From Planctomycetota bacterium (GTDB lineage Bacteria > Planctomycetota > GCA-002687715 > CAIWVZ01), in assembly GCA_044222185.1 (NCBI GenBank), contig JBGANV010000004.1:320001-384000 (forward strand): a DNA stretch of 64,000 nt, given 5' to 3'. Every line of letters begins with the position of its first letter. Position 1 is the first letter of the stretch. This document shows positions 32,365 through 41,166 of this stretch, piece after piece. The translations under genes were made by a program, and so were the position numbers. The notes below the pieces were generated by a model. The model was not told where the DNA came from. It did not search any database and was given only the letters and a program-made list of their open reading frames with translations.

Positions 32365-34284
32365 ATGACTCGATGCCTGACCGTGTGCGTGGTGGCGGCG
32401 CTGGCGAATGCGGGGCTCTGCGCGCAGCAGATCCGATACGTGCGGATGCCGTCGCAGCCGGTGATCGCGACGGTCGTTCGTGGAGCGGGCTCTGGTCCCG
32501 GTGGCGGCCCGTCGCTCGTGGGCACGGGGCTCCAGAACGGCGGATTCTCTTCGGGGCTCGCCTCGTGGACCGTGGCGACCTACGGCGGTGGCTCGCAGGC
32601 GGGCTCGGTGTCCGTCGCCGGCGGCCGGGCGGTGTTGCTCGAGGGGGCGTCGTTCCTCGTGACGCTGAGCCAGACGTTCACGATTCCGCAGAACGCCACG
32701 TCGCTGTCGTTCGACGTGTTCCTCTCGCCGGGGTTCGACACGTCGGCCACGGTCGTGCCGGATGCGTTCGAGGCGGCGCTCCTCGACTCCGCCATGCACT
32801 CGGTCGTTCCCACGTGGAACGCGCTCGCGACCTCGTTCGTGAACTACCAGGAGAACGGCACCGTCCATCAGGGACCGGGAGTTCAGCGGACGGGCACGCG
32901 CGTGACGCTCGACATCAGCGGCGTGCCGGCTGGCACGCAGGTCACGCTCTTCTTCGATCAGGTGGGCGCGGACGCGGACACCGGCAGCGGCACGTCGGTC
33001 GATGGCGTGATGGTGCAGACGCCGCCGTTCTTCGACGTCCCGAGTCCGTGTGGGCAGACGATCAGCGGGCAGGTGGGCGTGCCGCTCGCATTCACCGTGC
33101 TCGCGCGGGATCTGGATCCGCTGGATTCGGTGGCTGTGACGGTGTCTGGTCTTCCGAATGGCGCCGCCTTCGGCACCGGGCCGGTGACGGGCAACCCGGC
33201 CTCCGCACCCTTCACGTGGATTCCCGGATTCGGTGACGGCGGCACCTACGTCGTGACGTTCACGGCGACGGATCTCTTCGGCGCCACGGCGTCATGCCAG
33301 GTGACGCTGTCGATTGCGAGCAGCGGACCGGCGTTCACGTCGCCTGCGGCTTGCGGCGGCACGCTCACCGTCGCCGGCGGCGGGACGCTCACGTTCAACG
33401 TCGCGGCGACGGATCCCGATCCGGGCGATCTCGTGTCGATTTCCGTGAGCGGCGCGCCCGCGGGGCTCACGTTCCAACCGGTACTCCCCGCGCTGGGGAA
33501 TCCCGCGGCGACGACGGCGAGTTGGACGCCGACGGCGGCCCAGGGTGGCCCGCACGCGCTCGTCTTCACGGCGACCGACCTGGGCGGACACTCGACGACG
33601 TGTTCGCTCTCGATCCTCGTGTCGGGAACGGCGCCGGTGTTCGCGAATCCGATCTGCGGCGGCGCGGCGATCGGGGCCAGCGTCGGAGTTCCGGTGACGC
33701 TTCCGATCCTCGTGACCGACGCCGATCCCGGCGACGTGGTCACGCTGAGCGTGCTTTCCGCGCCCTCGAACGTCACGTTCACACCGAGCTTGCCTGCGAC
33801 GGGCAACCCCGTGGCGGCGACTCTTCATTGGACGCCGACGAACGCGCAGGCCGGATCGCGGACGGTTCAGCTACGTGCCGTCGACGGACAGGGCCACGCG
33901 GTGACGTGCTCCGTGCAGTTCGCCGTCGCCGAGTGCTACCTCATCTCGAATCTCGCACCGGCGTACTTCACCGTCGCACCGGGGGACGTGGCGCTGGTGG
34001 ATCCGGTCGGCGCGCTGTGGAGTCCCGTGACGCTCGAGAGCATTCCCGGGGGCACGCTTCCCACGGACCCGTCGTTTGCGGGAGTCCACGTCTACACGCA
34101 GCTCGTGATGTTCAACCCGACGGTGTTCCCCACGGATCCCGTCCGCATGTCGAACGGGCTCCACATCGTCATCGGCGGCGGCGTGACGTCTTACGGACCT
34201 TCGAGCGGGATGACGCAGTGGACGAACTACGTGCCGCTCCAGGGCGCTTACTTCTCGGTGGCGTTTTCGATCGCGGGGTTCTGA
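32365..34284 (+). CDS. Secreted Ig-like repeat protein, companion of the RHS gene
   Basis: Signal peptide; jelly-roll-like N-domain (NGGFSSGLASW); three Ig repeats (DxDPGDxV...WTP...TATD); starts 10 bp after the RHS stop. Confidence 0.85.
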   Translation: MTRCLTVCVVAALANAGLCAQQIRYVRMPSQPVIATVVRGAGSGPGGGPSLVGTGLQNGGFSSGLASWTVATYGGGSQAGSVSVAGGRAVLLEGASFLVTLSQTFTIPQNATSLSFDVFLSPGFDTSATVVPDAFEAALLDSAMHSVVPTWNALATSFVNYQENGTVHQGPGVQRTGTRVTLDISGVPAGTQVTLFFDQVGADADTGSGTSVDGVMVQTPPFFDVPSPCGQTISGQVGVPLAFTVLARDLDPLDSVAVTVSGLPNGAAFGTGPVTGNPASAPFTWIPGFGDGGTYVVTFTATDLFGATASCQVTLSIASSGPAFTSPAACGGTLTVAGGGTLTFNVAATDPDPGDLVSISVSGAPAGLTFQPVLPALGNPAATTASWTPTAAQGGPHALVFTATDLGGHSTTCSLSILVSGTAPVFANPICGGAAIGASVGVPVTLPILVTDADPGDVVTLSVLSAPSNVTFTPSLPATGNPVAATLHWTPTNAQAGSRTVQLRAVDGQGHAVTCSVQFAVAECYLISNLAPAYFTVAPGDVALVDPVGALWSPVTLESIPGGTLPTDPSFAGVHVYTQLVMFNPTVFPTDPVRMSNGLHIVIGGGVTSYGPSSGMTQWTNYVPLQGAYFSVAFSIAGF

Positions 34285-34481
34285 CGCGCGCTGCCGGGAC
34301 CTCCGCACCCCCCGTCCAATCGAGGGTGTGGATCTCCCGCCACGACAGGAGGCGGACGTCTCCGCGCCGGCCGGACGTCTCGCCGCCGTACACGACGACT
34401 CGTTCGCGGATCGTCGGCGTGCGCACATCGCCGATGAGCACGGATTCGAGGCCGGCGCACTGGTCGAGGCTTCGCGTGCAA

Positions 34482-34502
34482 ATTGTCAATCGGATTGACA
34501 AT
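34482..34502. repeat. Perfect AT-rich palindrome (operator or REP remnant)
   Basis: ATTGTCAATC-G-GATTGACAAT. Confidence 0.6.
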
Positions 34503-34639
34503 CTGTACAGGCAAGCCGAAGTGCCTCGTCTTGCGTCGCTTCCTGCCCGGGGAACGAAGGTGTCGGAGCGAGGGACGTCCGCGGGCAGATCCCGGGACAT
34601 CCGACTGGCACGCGTGGAGAGCCGGTCCTCATTGGACGG

Positions 34640-34776
34640 CCGACCGGATCTCCGTGCAGCTCCAGGTTCCCCCGGGACTCGGCGGTCTGACCTTCCGAGT
34701 CCAGGGATTCGCGAGGTTGGCCTTCGCAGCGAACGGAGTCTTCGCCACGAGCAACGCGCTCGACGTCACGTTCTGA
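34640..34776 (+). pseudogene. Orphan 3' fragment of a secreted-protein C-terminal domain
   Basis: Frame reads ...ISVQLQVPPGLGGLTFRVQGFARLAFAANGVFATSNALDVTF*, similar to the end of 32365..34284. The upstream part of the frame does not look like coding sequence; the left boundary is approximate. Confidence 0.45.
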
Positions 34777-34785
34777 ACGAGCGCG

Positions 34786-35049
34786 TCACCCGCCGCTGAG
34801 CGCTCCGAGGATGTGCACCACGTCGTCCGCGCCGACCTTCGTCGTCAGCGCGCGGACGGCCTTCTTGCCGATGAACACGGCGATGTGGGGGCGCACGCGG
34901 TCCTGCTCGTCGACGATGCGGAAGCGGATCCCCGGGTGGCGGCGGTCCAGATCCTCGAACAGCGCCGCGAGCGTCGCGCCCTTGGCATCTACGTCGGACG
35001 CACCATCGGCGTACGACGTGAGGATGCTGCCGAGGTGGACTTGCGTCAT
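34786..35049 (-). CDS. MoaD/ThiS family ubiquitin-like sulfur carrier
   Basis: 87 aa, beta-grasp pattern, C-terminal ALSGG. Confidence 0.9.
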   Translation of the reverse strand: MTQVHLGSILTSYADGASDVDAKGATLAALFEDLDRRHPGIRFRIVDEQDRVRPHIAVFIGKKAVRALTTKVGADDVVHILGALSGG

Positions 35050-36179
35050 GAGATCTGCGCCCAGCGGAGCCCGTAGATGTGCGGGAGCGACGCGAACGCC
35101 CGGTTCCAGTTCTCGCCCCCATCCCGGCTTTCCCAGATCTCACCGCCGGTCGTGCCGAAGTAGATCCCGGGCTTCTTGCGGTCGCCGTCGCAAACCATGG
35201 CCTGGCGTTTGACGGTGAAGTACGCGTGCTCTCGCGGCAGGCCGCGGTCGAGCCGCTCCCACGTGCGACCAGCGTCCTGCGTGCGATAGATCGCCGGCTT
35301 GGCGTCGATCGGCGTCCGCGGCCAGAGCGACGTCCCGTTCATGGGGAACACCCAGACGGTGTCGCGGTCCGCGGGATGGCCGACGACCACGAATCCGATG
35401 TCGCCGATCGCCTTCGGCATATTCTTGCCGATGCGCACCCAGGTGTCTCCGTCCTTGCGATCGAGGCGATAGATGCCGCAGTGATTCTGCTGGTAGAGGC
35501 GGTCCGGGTCGGCGGGATGCAGGATCGCGCAGTGCGGGTCGTGCCCATACTCGTCCGGCGGACCCGGCTTGAAGTCCATGGCGACGCCACGATTCATCGG
35601 CTTCCACGTCTTGCCGGCGTCGAGGCTCTCGAACGTGCCGCCGGACGAGGTCGACACGTAGAGGTGCTTGGAATCCTTCGGGTGGACGAGGATCGAGTGG
35701 AGCATGGATCCGTCGGGCGTTCCGGAGTCGCCTCCGCCGGTCCACGCGAGCCATTTGGGGTTGCCGTTGAAGCCCTCGACGCCGCTCCACGTCGCGCCGC
35801 CGTCCCGCGAGTGGAAGAGAGCGGGCGGGCTCGTGCCGCAATACCACGAGCCCGGCTGATCCGCCGGGCCGGGCTCGAGCCAGAAGTTCATCTTCACGGC
35901 TTGCCCGCGAGAGGTCCCCTTCGCCGCGCCGGCCTTTTTCTCGAACTGCGGCGGGCGCTTCGCCTCGGTCCACGTCTTCCCGAGGTTCTTCGAGCGGAAG
36001 ATCGTGGGTCCCAGGTGACCGCCCGTGGAGGTCAGGAGGAGCGTACGACCGTCGCGCGGATCCACGCGGAAGTCGTGGACTTTCGAGCCCAGGTGGAACG
36101 GTCCGTGGATCTTCCACGCGCGGCTCCCGCGTTCGAGCAGGAAGCCGCCCTTGATCGTCGAGACGAGCAACGCCTTCAT
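35046..36179 (-). CDS. BNR/Asp-box beta-propeller (sialidase-like glycosyl hydrolase family)
   Basis: Asp boxes SKNLGKTW, SRDGGATW, SLDAGKTW, TQDAGRTW, SRDGGENW; QQNHCGIYR. Confidence 0.88.
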   Translation of the reverse strand: MKALLVSTIKGGFLLERGSRAWKIHGPFHLGSKVHDFRVDPRDGRTLLLTSTGGHLGPTIFRSKNLGKTWTEAKRPPQFEKKAGAAKGTSRGQAVKMNFWLEPGPADQPGSWYCGTSPPALFHSRDGGATWSGVEGFNGNPKWLAWTGGGDSGTPDGSMLHSILVHPKDSKHLYVSTSSGGTFESLDAGKTWKPMNRGVAMDFKPGPPDEYGHDPHCAILHPADPDRLYQQNHCGIYRLDRKDGDTWVRIGKNMPKAIGDIGFVVVGHPADRDTVWVFPMNGTSLWPRTPIDAKPAIYRTQDAGRTWERLDRGLPREHAYFTVKRQAMVCDGDRKKPGIYFGTTGGEIWESRDGGENWNRAFASLPHIYGLRWAQIS

Positions 36180-36364
36180 GAGGTCTCCTATTCGTTCGGG
36201 CCGAGGTGCCGGGACCTGCCCGCGAGGGGCGCATCATGCCCAATATCCTCCCGGCGCGCCAAGCGTCGCTTCGCCGTGAACACGCACTCGCATCTCGTCC
36301 CGTCGTGGATTCCGTCCGAGTTGCGCGTGATGAGGCTGAGCTCGCGCCGAGTCGCCAGCGAGCC

Positions 36365-36415
36365 CCGCGGCGGGCTGGAGCCCGCCGATCCAGCCGCGGT
36401 GGACCGCGGCGTTCC
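36365..36415 (+). repeat. 51-bp REP-like repeat, copy 1
   Basis: CCGCGGCGGGCTGGAGCCCGCCGATCCAGCCGCGGTGGACCGCGGCGTTCC; near-identical copies at 36579 and 41029. Confidence 0.85.
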
Positions 36416-36578
36416 GGAGCGCCAAGCTTTGCTTGGCCGGATGGGCAGGCTCTGCCTGCCCGCGAGCTCGCTGCCGCATTCCGTGCTGCGTCTCTGCCAG
36501 CACGCGGCATCGGCGACGACGCTGAGCCCACCCGGTTCGCCGCGGGTCGCATCGCGGATCAGCGGCCCGATGCGGACT

Positions 36579-36629
36579 CCGCGGCGGGCTGGAGCCCGCC
36601 GATCCAGCCGCGGTGGAGGGCGGCGTTCC
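36579..36629 (+). repeat. 51-bp REP-like repeat, copy 2
   Basis: Near-identical to 36365..36415. Confidence 0.85.
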
Positions 36630-36668
36630 ACCTCGAAAACCGCCCCGGCACGCCTCACAATCCGCGCC

Positions 36669-37382
36669 ATGCCTCCCGAGTCCCGGACCGCCATCACGTC
36701 GACGCTTCGCGAGCTGCCGCACTTCCGGTTGCTGAAGCGCGACATGCTCGACGCCGTCGCGGCCGCGTGCAACCTGCGCGTCTACGAAACTCCCCAGCCC
36801 GTCTTCTTCGAGAAGGATCCGTGCCGGTCGTTCTGGGTCGTGCGCGCGGGGGGCGTGAAGCTCTTTCGACTGCGACCGGACGGCCGCGAGCAGGTCATCA
36901 ACCACCTTCACTCAGGCCAGAGCTTCGCGGAGGCGGCGCTCCTGAACATCGGCGTCTATCCCGTGAACGCCATGACGACGGAGCCGCCGACGGAGTTGAT
37001 CGAGATCTCGGGCGAGCACCTGCGCCGGCTGATGCGCGAGAACGACGGGATGGCCGCTGCGATGGTCGGATCGCTGTCGATGAAGCTCCTCGACCTCGTT
37101 CAGCGGATCGACGAGCTCTCGGCATCGAACGCGGCGACCCGCCTCGCGCGGCACTTCTTGCGGTTGCCGGGCGCGGGCCCATCAGACCGTCCCACGATCG
37201 AGCTCTCGGTGACGAAGAAGGACCTGGCCGCGAGCCTCTCGATCACACCGGAGACGCTCTCCCGCATCCTGCGCAAGTGGCAGGACGACGGGCTCATCGA
37301 GAGCAACGGCCGCAGCATCACGATTCTCGACGCGGCGCAGCTGATGCAGCTTTCGGACGGCGAGGACGGGACGCCGGTTTGA
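36669..37382 (+). CDS. Crp/Fnr family transcriptional regulator (Dnr/HcpR-like)
   Basis: cNMP-binding domain (GGVKLFRLRPDGREQVI, SFAEAA) and HTH KDLAASLSITPETLSR; lacks the FNR Cys cluster. Confidence 0.92.
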   Translation: MPPESRTAITSTLRELPHFRLLKRDMLDAVAAACNLRVYETPQPVFFEKDPCRSFWVVRAGGVKLFRLRPDGREQVINHLHSGQSFAEAALLNIGVYPVNAMTTEPPTELIEISGEHLRRLMRENDGMAAAMVGSLSMKLLDLVQRIDELSASNAATRLARHFLRLPGAGPSDRPTIELSVTKKDLAASLSITPETLSRILRKWQDDGLIESNGRSITILDAAQLMQLSDGEDGTPV

Positions 37383-37704
37383 CGGGCGGCGGCGCGCGCA
37401 CGCCCGCGAGCTTGCGTTGCGCCTGATCCAGCGCCCGGGTGCACATGAGATCGCACAGCCGCCGCACGACGTCGTCTCCGATGGCGCAGACGATGCTCGT
37501 GCCGTCGCGGCGCCGCGTCACGAACCCGACGGCCGCGAGCACGGCGACGTGCTTGCTCGCGTTGGCCTGGCTCGTGCCCAGGTGATCCGCCAGCTCACCG
37601 ACGGTCGCGTCCCCCTGCATCAACCGTTGGAGGATTCGCAGCCGCGCCGGCTCCGACAGCGCGCGGAACTGGCCGGCGACGTCGTCGAACAACGCATCGG
37701 ACAT
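37318..37704 (-). CDS. ArsR/SmtB family repressor (possible persulfide sensor)
   Basis: FRALSEPARLRIL, TVGELA, SQANASKHV; C-terminal cysteines (IVC, LCDLMC); last gene of the sulfurtransferase operon. Alternative start at 37731. Confidence 0.88.
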   Translation of the reverse strand: MSDALFDDVAGQFRALSEPARLRILQRLMQGDATVGELADHLGTSQANASKHVAVLAAVGFVTRRRDGTSIVCAIGDDVVRRLCDLMCTRALDQAQRKLAGVRAPPPVKPASRPRRPKAASAAPRRES

Positions 37705-37747
37705 GGCGGGGGGGGAGTGCTGGCGGCTCATGAAGGCTCCGTGTTCG

Positions 37748-39187
37748 TCAATTGTCCACGCCGGTGGCGACGGGCAGTTCGGGCTTCGCCGCCCATTCCT
37801 TCCACGAGCCGTCGTACCACCGCACGTTCGTGTGTCCGAGCAGGAAGCGCAACGTGAAGTACGTCTCGCTCGCCTGATGACCCGTGCGGCAGGAGACGAT
37901 CGCCGTCTTCTCCGGCGTCAGTCCAAGCGCCTCGTATCCCGCGCGCAGTTGCTCCTTCGGCCGCCAGAACAGGCCGTCGCCCACCCTCGCCAAATCCGCT
38001 GCGACCGGCCGATTGCGCGCGCCCGGAATGTGGCCGCCGCGCGGCTCGTTCACCGTTGCGCCGGAGAACTGGTCCTGCGGACGGCTGTCGATGATCAATG
38101 CACTCCCCGTCGTGCTCGCCGCCTTCACGTCGTCGAGCGAGGCCTTGACGAAGTTCGTCGCCGCGCGCGGCGTGTAGACCTTCGCCTTTGGAGTCGTCGC
38201 GTCCTTGACGACGGCGCCTCCAGCTCCCGTCCACGCGGCGAGGCCGCCTTCGAGGATCGCGACCTTCTCGTGGCCCAGACTCAGGAGCGCCAGCGCGAAG
38301 TGCGTCGCGTCCTGCATCTTCTCCGTGGAGTAGGCGACGACTTCCGTGTCGGCGTCGATCCCGAGCGCCCCGAGCTTCAGCGCGAGCGCCGCGGGATCGA
38401 GGAGTTCGTCGGCGACGCCGTCTCGCGTTCCGCGCACGAGGCTGATGGGAGCGTGGACGGCTCCGGCGATGTGACCGGCAGCGAAGTCCTCCGCCTTGTC
38501 GCGCGTGTCGACGACCACGACTTGCCCGCTGCGTTTCGCCACCCATTCAGCCGAGACGATGGTCGGTGTGGTCAGCCGTTCGGGATCCGTCGCATAGCGC
38601 TGAATCGTCGGCTGCGAGGTGGCCTGTGGTTTCGGCGCCTCCTGTGGACCGAGGATCGCCGCGCGCAACGCCGCGAATCGCGGCAGCGCGGCGGCGGCGT
38701 CCGCCTCGTTGGTGATGCCGCGCAGCGACGGCGGAGTCAGCTCGTCGCGTTTGAATCCCGCGAGGCCGTCCTCGAGCACGCGCACGTCGCGCCGCCCGCG
38801 TTGCGCGAGCGCGACCCACGCCTGTGCCGGGTGCGTCATGCCTTCGGAGACGAGCACGACGAGCGATCCGTGGAATCCCGCGAGCAACGCCCGTCCCTCA
38901 TCGCCGAGCAGCGCCGGAAGATCCAGGTTGTGCGATCGCGGGAGATGGAACGCTGCGAAGTCCGCCGCGGGCCGCACGTCGACGACGAGCACGTCGTCTT
39001 GGTTCGCGAGCCATCGGTCGGCAAGTTCGCGCGTCGAGATGTGATCGGCGCCGGTCTCGACGTCACGGGCCCACGAGAGGTCGGCGACGTTCGGCGACCC
39101 CGGGTGCCAGCGCACGAGGAGCGCGACCGCGACGGTCAACGCCGTGGCACCGAGGGCCGCCAGTTGCGTCTTGAGAGAGATGAGCAT
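37748..39187 (-). CDS. Membrane-anchored three-domain rhodanese / sulfurtransferase
   Basis: DVRPAADF..FHLP, GHIAGA, GHIPGA, active-site CRTGHQAS, YDGSWKEW. Confidence 0.92.
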   Translation of the reverse strand: MLISLKTQLAALGATALTVAVALLVRWHPGSPNVADLSWARDVETGADHISTRELADRWLANQDDVLVVDVRPAADFAAFHLPRSHNLDLPALLGDEGRALLAGFHGSLVVLVSEGMTHPAQAWVALAQRGRRDVRVLEDGLAGFKRDELTPPSLRGITNEADAAAALPRFAALRAAILGPQEAPKPQATSQPTIQRYATDPERLTTPTIVSAEWVAKRSGQVVVVDTRDKAEDFAAGHIAGAVHAPISLVRGTRDGVADELLDPAALALKLGALGIDADTEVVAYSTEKMQDATHFALALLSLGHEKVAILEGGLAAWTGAGGAVVKDATTPKAKVYTPRAATNFVKASLDDVKAASTTGSALIIDSRPQDQFSGATVNEPRGGHIPGARNRPVAADLARVGDGLFWRPKEQLRAGYEALGLTPEKTAIVSCRTGHQASETYFTLRFLLGHTNVRWYDGSWKEWAAKPELPVATGVDN

Positions 39188-39202
39188 GGAACGATCTCCT
39201 GT

Positions 39203-39775
39203 TCAGTCGGCGGTCCGGACGGTGAGCCGGCCCGTGATCGAGAAAGCGATGAGCGCCAGGGCGACGACCCCGGCGACGACGGCGGTGGGCGCGAGCCCGA
39301 ACACCTGGGGGAGGGTGAGAACGCCGCAGGCGCCGGCGGATGCGAACGATCCGATGGCAGGCCAGGCGGCGGCGAACGCCAGGCTCCCGGCCCCGGCGCC
39401 GAGCAGGAACGCGAGCGCGTCGACCTTGCCCGATGCGGCGCCGACGAGCGCGGTTCCCGGACACCAGCCGCCGGTGACGAATCCGACGCCGAACACGAGC
39501 CCGCCGACGATCTGCGGCCAGAGGAACGTCTCGAGGCGCGTCACGCGATCGTCCGGGACGAGGCCCGTGAGCGAGAGCACGTGCATGCCGACGGCCGCGG
39601 TCACGATGGCGGAGAACATCACCTTCAGCACGGCGAAATCGCGGCGGTAGAAGATCGCCGTGAGCTTGCGGCTCGAGCCGAAGCCCGCGCGCTCGAGCCA
39701 GAAGCCGAAGAAGATGCCGACGACGAGCGCCAGGCCGCGGGCCGAGTCCGTCGCGAGGAAATCGCCGCCGTTCAT
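39203..39775 (-). CDS. YeeE/YedE sulfur (thiosulfate) transporter family protein
   Basis: FGFWLERAGFG, GGLVFGVGF..GGWCPGT. Confidence 0.9.
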   Translation of the reverse strand: MNGGDFLATDSARGLALVVGIFFGFWLERAGFGSSRKLTAIFYRRDFAVLKVMFSAIVTAAVGMHVLSLTGLVPDDRVTRLETFLWPQIVGGLVFGVGFVTGGWCPGTALVGAASGKVDALAFLLGAGAGSLAFAAAWPAIGSFASAGACGVLTLPQVFGLAPTAVVAGVVALALIAFSITGRLTVRTAD

Positions 39776-40329
39776 GACCACTCCTTCCTCACGAGCGGTG
39801 CCGCGGCGAACCCGCCGGCGAACACCGCGAACATGAACGCCCAACTGCCCGCGAGGAGGAGCGACCCGCCGGTCAATGCCTGGCCCGACGTGCATCCACC
39901 CGCGAGTCGGCTCGCAAAGCCCACGATGCCGCCGCCGATCACGGCGAGGGCGAGGCGGCGAAGACGCGATGCCGTGGGACCCGCTTCGATCGCAGGCCGC
40001 ACGCGCCGAGCCGCGAGGGCCGAGATGAATCCACCGAGGATCGTGCCCAGCGCCATGAACACGAGGTAGTGCGAGAGCGGGGATCCACCGGACGCGAACC
40101 ACTCCGACAGATACCCGTTCTGCTCGACGAGCTGCGGCGACGCCGCATGCGCTCCGACGGCCGCGACGCGCGCGAGACCGCCGGAGGCGCCCAGCCCCGC
40201 GCCGAGGACGACGAAGGAGAGGACCAGCGTCAAGCCGATGCCGATCCCGGCGAGGTAGGGGTTCCAGTACGTCACCGGTGCCGGTCGGCTCGGCGGCGTG
40301 ATGCGGAGTTCTGAGTCGGTTCCGTGCAT
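39772..40329 (-). CDS. YeeE/YedE sulfur (thiosulfate) transporter family protein
   Basis: YWNPYLAG, GLGASG, RLAGGCTSGQALTG. Confidence 0.9.
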   Translation of the reverse strand: MHGTDSELRITPPSRPAPVTYWNPYLAGIGIGLTLVLSFVVLGAGLGASGGLARVAAVGAHAASPQLVEQNGYLSEWFASGGSPLSHYLVFMALGTILGGFISALAARRVRPAIEAGPTASRLRRLALAVIGGGIVGFASRLAGGCTSGQALTGGSLLLAGSWAFMFAVFAGGFAAAPLVRKEWS

Positions 40330-40341
40330 CGTGCGTCTCCT

Positions 40342-40815
40342 TCAGCAGCCCGAGCTTCGAGGTTTCACCGGCTGCGATGCGGTCGCGGCTTTGGATGACG
40401 GCCGTGTGTCGGCGGGAGTGGACCGCAGTTCGATCTCGTTCCACCACCGCAGCGTGCCTCCGGCGAGGACGCGCACGTCTTGGGTGCCGGCTTGCGCGGT
40501 CGCGAGCGCCGCGCCCGCAACGGCCCACGCCGCCGTGCCATCGCGATCGACGACCACGACCTTGGCTCCCGCGCCGGCCGCGGCGATGGATGTGGCCACG
40601 TCGCCGGGAGCGAGGTTCTTCGCGCCGGGAATGTGGAATTCCGCGAACTGCCACGCCGGGCGGATGTCGAGGACGAGCCAGCCCGAAGCCTTGGATTTGA
40701 GTTCGTTCCACAACGCCGTCGGCTCGATGGCTGGCGGAATCCCCGACGTGGACGTGGCGAAGAGCCCGAGCGAAGTTGCCGTCACGAACGAAGCGAGAGC
40801 CCAGCGCAACTGCAT
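40342..40815 (-). CDS. Exported rhodanese-like protein with C-terminal GC
   Basis: Signal peptide; LDIRPAWQFAEFHIPGA, VLAGG..RW; ends SSGC. Confidence 0.85.
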   Translation of the reverse strand: MQLRWALASFVTATSLGLFATSTSGIPPAIEPTALWNELKSKASGWLVLDIRPAWQFAEFHIPGAKNLAPGDVATSIAAAGAGAKVVVVDRDGTAAWAVAGAALATAQAGTQDVRVLAGGTLRWWNEIELRSTPADTRPSSKAATASQPVKPRSSGC

Positions 40816-40852
40816 GATCGTCTCCTGTGGGTCGGGTGTGCCGTCGAAGGTT

Positions 40853-40878
40853 ACTAAATAACTAAGTAGTTAAATAGT
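40853..40878. promoter_or_regulatory. ArsR/SmtB-type 12-2-12 inverted-repeat operator
   Basis: ACTAAATAACTA-AG-TAGTTAAATAGT, an AT-rich island 38 bp upstream of the first sulfur-operon gene. Confidence 0.75.
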
Positions 40879-41028
40879 CGCCAATCGGAGCGCCAGGCTC
40901 CGCCTGGCCGGACCGGGCAGGCTCCAGCCTGCCCGAGAACTCGCCGCGTGCGAAAGTTCCGCCCACAACGACGCCGCCGGACGTCGCGTGCCGATCGACG
41001 GGCTGCGAACGCGCGATCGTGGCGAACT

Positions 41029-41079
41029 CCGCGGCGGGCTGGAGCCCGCCGATCCGGCCGCGCTGGAGCGCGGCGTTCC
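41029..41079 (+). repeat. 51-bp REP-like repeat, copy 3
   Basis: CCGCGGCGGGCTGGAGCCCGCCGATCCGGCCGCGCTGGAGCGCGGCGTTCC. Confidence 0.85.
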
Positions 41080-41084
41080 TGGTC

Positions 41085-41113
41085 TTTAGATGGCGCGACC
41101 GATCGCCTATCCT
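41085..41113 (+). promoter_or_regulatory. Putative sigma70 promoter for the leader-rbfA-like-rtcB transcript
   Basis: TTTAGA-N17-TATCCT. Confidence 0.45.
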
Positions 41114-41166
41114 GCCCGCCTCGAAACCACTTCGGCGCCGCCGTTTCGCGGTGCCGGGAGGCCGCC

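Noticed and set aside
32365-34284. Immunity protein for the RHS nuclease
   Set aside because: It has a signal peptide and Ig repeats; an exported 639-aa protein is unlikely to neutralise a cytoplasmic DNase.
36365-36629. CRISPR array
   Set aside because: Only two local copies, 163 bp apart, with a third 4.4 kb away; no cas genes and no regular spacers.
35079-36668. Long N-terminal extension of the Crp/Fnr ORF (767 aa in the track)
   Set aside because: It overlaps the BNR gene antisense and the repeat region; the Crp domain begins at ATG 36669.
40327-40350. Possible selenocysteine read-through: GC-TGA is in frame with the downstream YeeE ATG
   Set aside because: The 12 nt after the TGA form an ordinary AGGAGA RBS and spacer, and no convincing SECIS hairpin was seen.
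41091-41106. Sigma54 promoter for rtcB (TGGCGCG...)
   Set aside because: GG-to-GC spacing is off by one base and no rtcR is nearby.
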